From Eledone cirrhosa (taxonomy: Eukaryota): a stretch of 64,000 bases of DNA. Each line of letters begins with the position of its first letter. Within the stretch, counting starts at the first letter, position 1. The position numbers were made by a program, and so were the translations under genes. Under the pieces are notes generated by a model. That model was given only the letters and a program-made list of their open reading frames with translations. It did no database searches and was not told the DNA's origin. Positions 51,141-64,000 of this stretch are shown one piece after another. The DNA is taken from assembly GCA_964016885.1 (NCBI GenBank), contig OZ024744.1:107570001-107634000 (forward strand). The letters are read 5' to 3'.

Positions 51141-54100
51141 TGATGGAGTGTCCAGCACGGACAAGAGACTGCTTACCAGATGGAGTGTCCAGCAGAGACA
51201 AGAGACTGGTTGTTGGATGGAGTGTCCAGCAGAGACAAGGGACTGGTTGTTGGATGGAGTGTCCAGCAGAGATAAGGGTCTGGTTGTTGGATGGAGTGTC
51301 CAGCAGAGATAAGGGTCTGGTTGTTGGATGGAGTGTCCAGCAGAGACAAGGGACTGGTTGTTGGATGGAGTGTCCAGCAGAGATAAGGGTCTGGTTGTTG
51401 GATGGAGTGTCCAGCAGAGATAAGGGTCTGGTTGTTGGATGGAGTGTCCAGCAGAGATAAGGGTCTGGTTGTTGGATGGAGTGTCCAGCAGAGACAAGAG
51501 ACTGGTTGTTGGATGGAGTGTCCAGTAGAGACAAGAGACTGGTTGTTGGATGGAGTGTCCAGTAGAGACAAGAGACTGGTTGTTGGATGGAGTGTCCAGT
51601 AGAGACAAGAGACTGGTTGTTGGATGTAGTGTCCAGTAGAGACAAGAGACTGGTTGTTGGATGGAGTCTCCAGTAGAGACAAGAGACTGGTTGTTGGATG
51701 GAGTGTCCAGTAGAGACAAGAGACTGGTTGTTGGATGGAGTGTCCAGTAGAGACAAGGGACTGGTTGTTGGATGGAGTGTCCAGTAGAGACAAGAGACTG
51801 GTTGTTGGATGGAGTGTCCAGTAGAGACAAGAGACTGGTTGTTGGATGGAGTGTCCAGTAGAGACAAGAGACTGGTTGTTGGATGTAGTGTCCAGTAGAG
51901 ACAAGAGACTGGTTGTTGGATGGAGTGTCCAGTAGAGACAAGGGACTGGTTGTTGGATGGAGTGTCCAGTAGAGACAAGAGACTGGTTGTTGGATGGAGT
52001 GTCCAGTAGAGACAAGAGACTGGTTGTTGGATGGAGTGTCCAGTAGAGACAAGAGACTGGTTGTTGGATGTAGTGTCCAGTAGAGACAAGAGACTGGTTG
52101 TTGGATGGAGTGTCTAGTAGAGACAAGAGACTGGTTGTTGGATGGAGTGTCCAGCAGAGACAAGAGACTGGTTGTTGGATGGAGTGTCCAGTAGAGACCA
52201 GAGACTGGTTGTTGGATGGAGTGTCCAGTAGAGACAAGAGACTGGTTGTTGGATGGAGTGTCCAGTAGAGACAAGAGACTGGTTGTTGGATGGAGTGTCC
52301 AGCAGAGACAAGAGACTGGTTGTTGGATGGAGTGTCCAGCAGAGACAAGGGACTGGTTGTTGGATGGAGTGTCTAGTAGAGACAAGAGACTGGTTGTTGG
52401 ATGGAGTGTCCAGCAGAGACAAGAGACTGGTTGTTGGATGGAGTGTCCAGCAGAGACAAGGGACTGGTTGTTGGATGGAGTGTCTAGTAGAGACAAGAGA
52501 CTGGTTGTTGGATGGAGTGTCCAGCAGAGACAAGAGACTGGTTGTTGGATGGAGTGTCCAGTAGAGACAAGGGACTGGTTGTTGGATGGAGTGTCTAGTA
52601 GAGACAAGAGACTGGTTGTTGGATGGAGTGTCCAGTAGAGACAAGAGACTGGTTGTTGGATGGAGTGTCCAGCAGAGACAAGAGACTGGTTGTTGGATGG
52701 AGTGTCCAGCAGAGATAAGGGACTGATTGTTGGATGGAGTCTCCAGTAGAGACAAGAGACTGGTTGTTGGATGGAGTGTCCAGCAGAGACAAGAGACTGG
52801 TTGTTGGATGTAGTGTCCAGTAGAGACAAGGGACTGATTGTTGGATGGAGTGTCTAGTAGAGACAAGAGACTGGTTGTTGGATGGAGTGTCCAGCAGAGA
52901 CAAGAGACTGGTTGTTGGATGGAGTGTCCAGTAGAGACAAGGGACTGGTTGTTGGATGGAGTGTCTAGTAGAGACAAGAGACTGGTTGTTGGATGGAGTG
53001 TCCAGTAGAGACAAGAGACTGGTTGTTGGATGGAGTGTCCAGCAGAGACAAGAGACTGGTTGTTGGATGGAGTGTCCAGCAGAGATAAGGGACTGATTGT
53101 TGGATGGAGTCTCCAGTAGAGACAAGAGACTGGTTGTTGGATGGAGTGTCCAGCAGAGACAAGAGACTGGTTGTTGGATGGAGTGTCCAGTAGAGACAAG
53201 AGACTGGTTGTTGGATGTAGTGTCCAGTAGAGACAAGGGACTGATTGTTGGATGGAGTGTCTAGTAGAGACAAGAGACTGGTTGTTGGATGGAGTGTCCA
53301 GTAGAGACAAGAGACTGGTTGTTGGATGGAGTGTCCAGCAGAGACAAGAGACTGGTTGTTGGATGGAGTGTCCAGCAGAGATAAGGGACTGATTGTTGGA
53401 TGGAGTCTCCAGTAGAGACAAGAGACTGGTTGTTGGATGGAGTGTCCAGTAGAGACAAGAGACTGGTTGTTGGATGTAGTGTCCAGTAGAGACAAGGGAC
53501 TGATTGTTGGATGGAGTGTCTAGTAGAGACAAGAGACTGGTTGTTGGATGGAGTGTCCAGTAGAGACAAGAGACTGGTTGTTGGATGGAGTGTCCAGCAG
53601 AGACAAGAGACTGGTTGTTGGATGGAGTGTCCAGCAGAGATAAGGGACTGATTGTTGGATGGAGTGTCCAGTAGAGACAAGGGACTGGTTGTTGGATGTA
53701 GTGTCCAGCAGAGACAAGGGACTGGTTGTTGGATGGAGTGTCCAGCAGAGATAAGGGTCTGGTTGTTGGATGGAGTCTCCAGTAGAGACAAGGGACTGGT
53801 TGTTGGATGGAGTGTCCAGTAGAGACAAGAGACTGGTTGTTGGATGGAGTGTCCAGCAGAGACAAGAGACTGGTTGTTGGATGGAGTGTCTAGTAGAGAC
53901 AAGAGACTGGTTGTTGGATGGAGTGTCCAGTAGAGACAAGAGACTGGTTGTTGGATGGAGTCTCCAGTAGAGACAAGAGACTGGTTGTTGGATGGAGTGT
54001 CCAGTAGAGACAAGGGACTGATTGTTGGATGGAGTGTCCAGTAGAGACAAGAGACTGGTTGTTGGATGGAGTGTCCAGTAGAGACAAGAGACTGGTTGTT

Positions 54101-57100
54101 GGATGGAGTGTCCAGTAGAGACAAGGTACTGGTTGTTGGATGGAGTGTCCAGTAGAGACAAGAGACTGGTTGTTGGATGGAGTGTCCAGTAGAGACAAGA
54201 GACAGGTTGTTGGATGGAGTGTCCAGCAGAGACAAGAGACTGGTTGTTGGATGGAGTGTCCAGTAGAGACAAGGGACTGGTTGTTGGATGGAGTGTCCAG
54301 TAGAGACAAGAGACTGGATGTTGGATGGAGTGTCCAGTAGAGACAAGAGACTGGTTGTTGGATGGAGTGTCCAGTAGAGACAAGGGAGTGGTTGTTGGAT
54401 GGAGTGTCCAGCAGAGACAAGAGACAGGTTGTTGGATGGAGTGTCCAGTAGAGACAAGAGACTGGTTGTTGGATGGAGTGTCCAGTAGAGACAAGAGACT
54501 GGTTGTCAGATGGAGTGTCCAGTAGAGACAAGAGACTGGTTGTTGGATGGAGTGTCCAGTAGAGACAAGAGACTGGATGTTGGATGGAGTGTCCAGTAGA
54601 GACAAGAGACAGGTTGTTGGATGGAGTGTCCAGTAGAGACAAGAGACTGGTTGTTGGATGGAGTGTCCAGTAGAGACAAGAGACTGGTTGTTGGATGGAG
54701 TGTCCAGTAGAGACAAGAGACTGGTTGTTGGATGGAGTGTCCAGTAGAGACAAGAGACTGGTTGTTGGATGGAGTGTCCAGTAGAGACAAGAGACTGGAT
54801 GTTGGATGGAGTGTCCAGTAGAGACAAGAGACTGGTTGTTGGATGGAGTGTCCAGTAGAGACAAGGGACTGGTTGTTGGATGGAGTGTCCAGCAGAGACA
54901 AGAGACAGGTTGTTGGATGGAGTGTCCAGTAGAGACAAGAGACTGGTTGTTGGATGGAGTGTCCAGTAGAGACAAGAGACTGGTTGTCAGATGGAGTGTC
55001 CAGTAGAGACAAGAGACTGGTTGTTGGATGGAGTGTCCAGTAGAGACAAGAGACTGGATGTTGGATGGAGTGTCCAGTAGAGATAAGGGACTGATTGTTG
55101 GATGGAGTCTCCAGTAGAGACAAGGGACTGGTTGTTGGATGGAGTGTCCAGTAGAGACAAGAGACTGGTTGTTGGATGTAGTGTCCAGTAGAGACAAGAG
55201 ACTGGTTGTTGGATGTAGTGTCCAGCAGAGACAAGAGACTGGTTGTTGGATGGAGTGTCCAGTAGAGACAAGGGACTGGTTGTTGGATGGAGTGTCCAGC
55301 AGAGACAAGAGACTGGTTGTTGGATGGAGTGTCCAGTAGAGACAAGAGACTGGTTGTTGGATGGAGTGTCCAGTAGAGACAAGGGACTGGTTGTTGGATG
55401 GAGTGTCCAGTAGAGACAAGAGACTGGTTGTCAGATGGAGTGTCCAGTAGAGACAAGAGACTGGTTGTTGGATGGAGTGTCCAGTAGAGACAAAAGACTG
55501 GTTGTCAGATGGAGTGTCCAGTAGAGACAAGAGACTGGTTGTTGGATGGAGTGTCCAGTAGAGACAAGAGACTGGTTGTCAGATGGAGTGTCCAGTAGAG
55601 ACAAGAGACTGGTTTTGGATGGAGTGTCCAGTAGAGACAAGGTACTGGTTGTTGGATGGAGTGTCCAGTAGAGACAAGGGACTGGTTGTTGGATGGAGTG
55701 TCCAATAGAGACAAGGGACTGGTTGTTGGATGGAGTGTCCAGTAGAGACAAGGTACTGGTTGTTGGATGGAGTGTCCAGTAGAGACAAGAGACAGGTTGT
55801 TGGATGGAGTGTCCAATAGAGACAAGGGAGTGGTTGTTGGATGGAGTGTCCAGTAGAGACAAGAGACTGGTTGTTGGATGGAGTGTCCAGTAGAGACAAG
55901 AGACTGGTTGTTGGATGGAGTGTCTAGTAGAGACAAGAGACTGGTTGTTGGATGGAGTGTCCAGTAGAGACAAGGGACTGGTTGTTGGATGGAGTGTCCA
56001 GCAGAGACAAGAGACTGGTTGTTGGATGGAGTGTCCAGTAGAGACAAGAGACTGGTTGTTGGATGGAGTCTCCAGTAGAGACAAAAGACTGGTTGTTGGA
56101 TGGAGTGTCCAGTAGAGACAAGAGACTGGTTGTTGGATGGAGTGTCCAGTAGAGACAAGGGACTGATTGTTGGATGGAGTGTCCAGTAGAGACAAGAGAC
56201 TGGTTGTTGGATGGAGTGTCCAGTAGAGACAAGAGACTGGTTGTTGGATGGAGTCTCCAGTAGAGACAAGAGACTGGTTGTTGGATGGAGTGTCCAGTAG
56301 AGACAAGGGACTGGTTGTTGGATGGAGTGTCCAGTAGAGACAAGAGACTGGTTGTTGGATGGAGTGTCCAGTAGAGACAAGAGACTGGTTGTTGGATGGA
56401 GTGTCCAGTAGAGACAAGAGACTGGTTGTTGGATGTAGTGTCCAGTAGAGACAAGAGACTGGTTGTTGGATGGAGTGTCCAGTAGAGACAAGAGACTGGT
56501 TGTTGGATGGAGTGTCCAGTAGAGACAAGAGACTGGTTGTTGGATGGAGTGTCCAGTAGAGACAAGAGACTGGTTGTTGGATGTAGTGTCCAGTAGAGAC
56601 AAGGGACTGATTGTTGGATGGAGTCTCCAGTAGAGACAAGGGACTGGTTGTTGGATGGAGTGTCCAGTAGAGACAAGGGACTGATTGTTGGATGTAGTGT
56701 CCAGTAGAGACAAGAGACTGGTTGTTGGATGGAGTGTCCAGTAGAGACAAGAGACTGGTTGTTGGATGGAGTGTCTAGTAGAGACAAGGTACTGGTTGTT
56801 GGATGGAGTGTCCAGCAGAGACAAGAGACTGGTTGTTGGATGGAGTGTCCAGTAGAGACAAGAGACTGGTTGTTGGATGGAGTGTCCAGTAGAGACAAGG
56901 GACTGGTTGTTGGATGTAGTGTCCAGCAGAGACAAGAGACTGGTTGTTGGATGGAGTGTCCAGTAGAGACAAGGGACTGGTTGTTGGATGGAGTGTCCAG
57001 TAGAGACAAGAGACTGGTTGTTGGATGGAGTGTCCAGTAGAGACAAGAGACTGGTTGTTGGATGGAGTGTCCAGTAGAGACAAGAGACTGGTTGTTGGAT

Positions 57101-60100
57101 GGAGTGTCCAGTAGAGACAAGAGACTGGTTGTTGGATGGAGTGTCCAGTAGAGACAAGAGACTGGATGTTGGATGGAGTGTCCAGTAGAGATAAGGGACT
57201 GATTGTTGGATGGAGTCTCCAGTAGAGACAAGGGACTGGTTGTTGGATGGAGTGTCCAGTAGAGACAAGAGACTGGTTGTTGGATGTAGTGTCCAGTAGA
57301 GACAAGAGACTGGTTGTTGGATGTAGTGTCCAGCAGAGACAAGAGACTGGTTGTTGGATGGAGTGTCCAGTAGAGACAAGGGACTGGTTGTTGGATGGAG
57401 TGTCCAGCAGAGACAAGAGACTGGTTGTTGGATGGAGTGTCCAGTAGAGACAAGAGACTGGTTGTTGGATGGAGTGTCCAGTAGAGACAAGGGACTGGTT
57501 GTTGGATGGAGTGTCCAGTAGAGACAAGAGACTGGTTGTCAGATGGAGTGTCCAGTAGAGACAAGAGACTGGTTGTTGGATGGAGTGTCCAGTAGAGACA
57601 AAAGACTGGTTGTCAGATGGAGTGTCCAGTAGAGACAAGAGACTGGTTGTTGGATGGAGTGTCCAGTAGAGACAAGAGACTGGTTGTCAGATGGAGTGTC
57701 CAGTAGAGACAAGAGACTGGTTTTGGATGGAGTGTCCAGTAGAGACAAGGTACTGGTTGTTGGATGGAGTGTCCAGTAGAGACAAGGGACTGGTTGTTGG
57801 ATGGAGTGTCCAATAGAGACAAGGGACTGGTTGTTGGATGGAGTGTCCAGTAGAGACAAGGTACTGGTTGTTGGATGGAGTGTCCAGTAGAGACAAGAGA
57901 CTGGTTGTTGGATGGAGTGTCCAGTAGAGACAAGGGAGTGGTTGTTGGATGGAGTGTCCAGTAGAGACAAGAGACTGGTTGTTGGATGGAGTGTCCAGTA
58001 GAGACAAGAGACTGGTTGTTGGATGGAGTGTCTAGTAGAGACAAGAGACTGGTTGTTGGATGGAGTGTCCAGTAGAGACAAGAGACAGGTTGTTGGATGG
58101 AGTGTCCAGCAGAGACAAGAGACAGGTTGTTGGATGGAGTGTCCAGCAGAGACAAGAGACTGGTTGTTGGATGGAGTGTCTAGTAGAGACAAGAGACTGG
58201 TTGTTGGATGGAGTGTCCAGTAGAGACAAGAGACAGGTTGTTGGATGGAGTGTCCAGCAGAGACAAGAGACTGGTTGTTGGATGGAGTGTCCAGTAGAGA
58301 CAAGAGACAGGTTGTTGGATGGAGTGTCCAGTAGAGACAAGGGAGTGGTTGTTGGATGGAGTGTCCAGTAGAGACAAGAGACTGGTTGTTGGATGGAGTG
58401 TCCAGTAGAGACAAGAGACTGGTTGTTGGATGGAGTGTCTAGTAGAGACAAGAGACTGGTTGTTGGATGGAGTGTCCAGTAGAGACAAGAGACAGGTTGT
58501 TGGATGGAGTGTCCAGCAGAGACAAGAGACAGGTTGTTGGATGGAGTGTCCAGCAGAGACAAGAGACTGGTTGTTGGATGGAGTGTCTAGTAGATGCAAG
58601 GGACTGGTTGTTGGATGGAGTGTCCAGTAGAGACAAGAGACTGGTTGTTGGATGGAGTCTCCAGTAGAGACAAGGGACTGATTGTTGGATGGAGTGTCCA
58701 GTAGAGACAAGAGACAGGTTGTTGGATGGAGTGTCCAGCAGAGACAAGAGACAGGTTGTTGGATGGAGTGTCCAGCAGAGACAAGAGACTGGTTGTTGGA
58801 TGGAGTGTCCAGTAGAGACAAGAGACAGGTTGTTGGATGGAGTGTCCAGCAGAGACAAGAGACTGGTTGTTGGATGGAGTGTCTAGTAGAGACAAGAGAC
58901 TGGTTGTTGGATGGAGTCTCCAGTAGAGACAAGGGAGTGGTTGTTGGATGGAGTGTCCAGTAGAGACAAGAGACTGGTTGTTGGATGGAGTGTCCAGCAG
59001 TGACAAGAGACTGGTTGTTGGATGGAGTGTCCAGTAGAGACAAGGGACTGGTTGTTGGATGGAGTGTCTAGTAGAGACAAGAGACTGGTTGTTGGATGGA
59101 GTGTCTAGTAGAGACAAGAGACTGGTTGTTGGATGGAGTGTCCAGTAGAAGCAAGAGACTGGTTGTTGGATGGAGTCTCCAGTAGAGACAAGGGAGTGGT
59201 TGTTGGATGGAGTGTCCAGTAGAGACAAGAGACAGGTTGTTGGATGGAGTGTCCAGCAGAGACAAGAGACTGGTTGTTGGATGGAGTGTCTAGTAGAGAC
59301 AAGAGACTGGTTGTTGGATGGAGTCTCCAGTAGAGACAAGGGAGTGGTTGTTGGATGGAGTGTCCAGTAGAGACAAGAGACTGGTTGTTGGATGGAGTGT
59401 CCAGCAGTGACAAGAGACTGGTTGTTGGATGGAGTGTCCAGTAGAGACAAGGGACTGGTTGTTGGATGGAGTGTCTAGTAGAGACAAGAGACTGGTTGTT
59501 GAATGGAGTGTCTAGTAGAGACAAGAGACTGGTTGTTGGATGGAGTCTCCAGTAGAGACAAGGGAGTGGTTGTTGGATGGAGTGTCCAGTAGAGACAAGA
59601 GACTGGTTGTTGGATGGAGTGTCCAGTAGAGACAAGAGACTGGTTGTTGGATGGAGTGTCCAGTAGAGACAAGAGACTGGTTGTTGGATGGAGTCTCCAG
59701 TAGAGACAAGGGAGTGGTTGTTGGATGGAGTGTCCAGTAGAGACAAGAGACAGGTTGTTGGATGGAGTGTCCAGCAGTGACAAGAGACTGGTTGTTGGAT
59801 GGAGTGTCCAGTAGAGACAAGGGACTGGTTGTTGGATGGAGTGTCTAGTAGAGACAAGAGACTGGTTGTTGGATGGAGTGTCTAGTAGAGACAAGAGACT
59901 GGTTGTTGGATGGAGTCTCCAGTAGAGACAAGGGAGTGGTTGTTGGATGGAGTGTCCAGTAGAGACAAGAGACTGGTTGTTGGATGGAGTGTCCAGTAGA
60001 GACAAGAGACTGGTTGTTGGATGGAGTGTCCAGCAGAGACAAGGGACTGGTTGTTGGATGAAGTGTCCAGCAGCGACAAGAGACTGGTTGTTGGATGGAG

Positions 60101-63100
60101 TGTCTAGTAGAGACAAGGTACTGGTTGTTGGATGGAATGTCCAGTAGAGACAAGGTACTGGTTGTTGGATGGAATGTCCAGTAGAGACAAGGGACTGGTT
60201 GTTGGATGGAGTGTCTAGTAGAGACAAGAGACTGGTTGTTGGATGGAGTGTCCAGTAGAGACAAGGGAGTGGTTGTTGGATGGAGTGTCCAGTAGAGACA
60301 AGAGACTGGTTGTTGGATGGAGTCTCCAGTAGAGACAAGGGAGTGGTTGTTGGATGGAGTGTCCAGTAGAGACAAGAGACTGGTTGTTGGATGGAGTGTC
60401 TAGTAGAGACAAGAGACTGGTTGTTGGATGGAGTGTCAAGTAGAGACAAGAGACTGGTTGTTGGATGGAGTGTCTAGTAGAGACAAGTGACTGGTTGTTG
60501 GATGGAGTGTCCAGTAGAGACAAGGGACTGGTTGTTGGATGGAGTGTCCAGTAGAGACAAGAGACTGGTTGTTGGTTGGAGTGTCCAGCAGAGACAAGAG
60601 ACTGGTTGTTGGATGGAGTCTCCAGTAGAGACAAGGGACTGGTTGTTGGATGGAGTGTCCAGTAGAGACAAGGGACTGGTTGTTGGATGAAGTGTCCAGT
60701 AGAGACAAGGGACTGGTTGTTGGATGGAGTGTCCAGTAGAGACAAGAGACTGGTTGTTGGATGGAGTGTCCTGCAGAGACAAGAGACTGGTTGTTGGATG
60801 GAGTGTCCAGTAGAGACAAGAGGCTGGTTGTTGGATGGAGTGTCCAGCAGAGACAAGAGACTGGTTGTTGGATGGAGTGTCCAGCAGAGACAAGAGACTG
60901 GTTGTTGGTTGGAGTGTCCAGCAGAGACAAGGGACTGGTTGTTGGATGGAGTGTCCAGTAGAGACAAGAGGCTGGTTGTTGGATGGAGTGTCCAGCAGAG
61001 ACAAGAGACTGGTTGTTGGATGGAGTGTCCAGTAGAGACAAGAGGCTGGTTGTTGGATGGAGTGTCCAGCAGAGACAAGAGACTGGTTGTTGGATGGAGT
61101 GTCCAGTAGAGACAAGAGACTGGTTGTTGGTTGGAGTGTCCAGCAGAGACAAGGGACTGGTTGTTGGATGAAGTGTCCAGTAGAGACAAGGGACTGGTTG
61201 TTGGATGGAGTGTCCAGTAGAGACAAGGGACTGGTTGTTGGATGGAGTGTCCAGTAGAGACTAGAGACTGGTTGTTGGATGGAGTGTCCAGTAGAGACAA
61301 GGGACTGGTTGTTGGATGGAATGTCCAGTAGAGACAAGGGACTGGTTGTTGGATCGAGTGTCCAGCAGAGGCAAAGGACTGGTTGTTGGATGGAGTGTCC
61401 AGCAGAGACAAAGGACTGGTTGTTGGATGGAGTGTCCAGCAGAGACAAGAGACTGGTTGTTGGTTGGAGTGTCCAGTAGAGACAAGGTACTGGTTGTTGG
61501 ATGGAATGTCCAGTAGAGACAAGGGACTGGTTGTTGGATGGAGTGTCCAGCAGAGACAAGGGACTGGTTGTTGGATGGAGTGTCCAGCAGAGACAAGGGA
61601 CTGGTTGTTTGATGGAGTGTCCAGTAGAGACAAGGGACTGGTTGTTGGATGGAGTGTCCAGCAGAGACAAGGGACTGGTTGTTGGATGGAGTGTCCAGTA
61701 GAGACAAGAGACTGGTTGTTGGATGGAGTGTCCAGTAGAGACAAGGGACTGGTTGTTGGATGGAGTGTCCAGCAGAGACAAGAGACTGGTTGTCAGATGG
61801 AGTGTCCAGTAGAGGCAAGGGACTGGTTGTTGGATGGAGTGTCCAGTAGAGACAAGATACTGGTTGTTGGATGGAGTGTCCAGTAGAGACAAGAGACTGG
61901 TTGTTGGATGGAGTGTCAAGTAGAGACAAGAGACTGGTTGTTGGATGGAGTGTCCAGTAGAGACTAGAGACTGGTTGTTGGATGGAGTGTCCAGTAGAGA
62001 CAAGAGACTGGTTGTTGGATGGAGTGTCCAGCAGAGACAAGTGACTGGTTGTTGGATGGAGTGTCCAGTAGAGATAAGAGACTGGTTGTTGGATGGAGTG
62101 TCCAGCAGAGACAAGGTACTGGTTGTTGGATGGAGTGTCTAGTAGAGACAAGGGACTGGTTGTTGGATGGAGTGTCCAGTAGAGACAAGAGACTGGTTGT
62201 TGGATGGAGTCTCCAGTAGAGACAAGAGACTGGTTGTTGGATGTAGTGTCCAGTAGAGACAAGAGACTGGTTGTTGGATGGAGTGTCCAGTAGAGACAAG
62301 AGACTGGTTGTTGGATGGAGTGTCCAGTAGAGACAAGGGACTGGTTGTTGGATGGAGTGTCCAGTAGAGACAAGGGACTGGTTGTTGGATGGAGTGTCCA
62401 GTAGAGAAAAGAGACAGGTTGTTGGATGGAGTGTCCAGTAGAGACAAGGGACTGGTTGTTGGATGGAGTGTCCAGTAGAGACAAGAGACTGGTTGTTGGA
62501 TGGAGTGTCCAGTAGAGACAAGGGACTGGTTGTTGGATGGAGTGTCCAGTAGAGACAAGAGACTGGTTGTTGGATGGAGTGTCCAGTAGAGACAAGAGAC
62601 TGGTTGTTGGATGGAGTGTCCAGCAGAGACAAGAGACTGGTTGTTGGATGTAGTGTCCAGTAGAGACAAGAGACTGGTTGTTGGATGGAGTGTCCAGTAG
62701 AGACAAGGGACTGGTTGTTGGAAGGAGTGTCCAGCAGAGACAAGAGACTGGTTGTTGGATGGAGTGTCCAGTAGAGACAAGGGACTGGTTGTTGGATGGA
62801 GTGTCCAGTAGAGACAAGAGACTGGTTGTTGGATGGAGTCTCCAGTAGAGACAAGAGACTGGTTGTTGGATGTAGTGTCCAGTAGAAACAAGAGACTGGT
62901 TGTTGGATGGAGTGTCCAGTAGAGACAAGGGACTGGTTGTTGGAAGGAGTGTCCAGCAGAGACAAGAGACTGGTTGTTGGATGGAGTGTCCAGTAGAGAC
63001 AAGAGACTGGTTGTTGGATGGCGTGTCCAGCAGAGACAAGGGACTGGTTGTTGGATGGAGTGTCCAGTAGAGACAAGAGACTGGTTGTTGGATGGCGTGT

Positions 63101-64000
63101 CCAGCAGAGACAAGAGAGTGGTTGTTGGATGGAGTGTCCAGTAGAGACAAGGGACTGGTTGTTGGATGGAGTGTCCAGTAGAGAAAAGAGACAGGTTGTT
63201 GGATGGAGTGTCCAGTAGAGACAAGGGACTGGTTGTTGGATGGAGTGTCCAGTAGAGACAAGAGACTGGTTGTTGGATGGAGTGTCCAGTAGAGACAAGG
63301 GACTGGTTGTTGGATGGAGTGTCCAGTAGAGACAAGAGACTGGTTGTTGGATGGAGTGTCCAGTAGAGACAAGAGACTGGTTGTTGGATGGAGTGTCCAG
63401 CAGAGACAAGAGACTGGTTGTTGGATGGAGTGTCCAGTAGAGACAAGGGACTGGTTGTTGGATGGAGTGTCCAGTAGAGACAAGAGACTGGTTGTTGGAT
63501 GGAGTGTCCAGTAGAGACAAGAGACTGGTTGTTGGATGGAGTGTCCAGCAGAGACAAGAGACTGGTTGTTGGATGGAGTGTCCAGTAGAGACAAGGGACT
63601 GGTTGTTGGATGGAGTGTCCAGTAGAGACAAGAGACTGGTTGTTGGATGGAGTGTCCAGTAGAGACAAGAGACTGGTTGTTGGATGGAGTGTCCAGCAGA
63701 GACAAGAGACTGGTTGTTGGATGGAGTGTCCAGTAGAGACAAGGGACTGGTTGTTGGATGGAGTGTCCAGTAGAGACAAGAGACTGGTTGTTGGATGGAG
63801 TCTCCAGTAGAGACAAGAGACGGGTTGTTGGATGGAGTGTCCAGTAGAGACAAGGGACTGGTTGTTGGATGGAGTGTCCAGTAGAGACAAGAGACTGGTT
63901 GTTGGATGGAGTGTCTAGTAGAGACAAGGGACTGGTTGTTGGATGGAGTGTCCAGTAGAGACAAGAGACTGGTTGTTGGATGGAGTGTCCAGTAGAGACA
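51141..64000. repeat. 37-bp satellite array (~347 units), consensus GATGGAGTGTCCAGTAGAGACAAGAGACTGGTTGTTG; right edge lies outside the window
   Basis: Strict 37-nt periodicity with point variants and rare 36-bp units (GGTTTTGGAT). Confidence 0.98.

Noticed and set aside
51141-64000. CRISPR array (37-bp repeat with hairpin) or long minus-strand ORFs up to 888 aa
   Set aside because: There are no spacers. The ORFs simply cycle through the three frames of a 37-bp unit.

Overview
Repeat-dominated eukaryotic (animal) DNA with no recognisable host gene. The tRNA-derived SINE family and the abundant (TA)n tracts resemble octopod cephalopod genomes; this is inference from pattern recognition, not a database result. 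Three large tandem arrays cover about 60% of the window: a 60-bp satellite (1-13939), a G/T-only 20/24-bp minisatellite (~39030-50830) and a 37-bp satellite (~51141-64000). They surround a ~25-kb mosaic of decayed retroelements: RTE, Tx1/L1-like and CRE-like LINE fragments, at least four Penelope-like elements (PLEs) with inverted pseudo-LTR structures and hammerhead-ribozyme motifs, solo LTRs with 4-bp TSDs, SINEs and a non-autonomous Helitron. The most notable observation is that the 60-bp satellite unit looks like an amplified piece of an RTE LINE endonuclease coding sequence (LNRYSVDIC...SETRLS), and the array runs in frame into the rest of that endonuclease. The 37-bp satellite may similarly derive from a PLE GIY-YIG domain. 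Almost all long ORFs in the supplied track are artefacts of stop-free repeat units.
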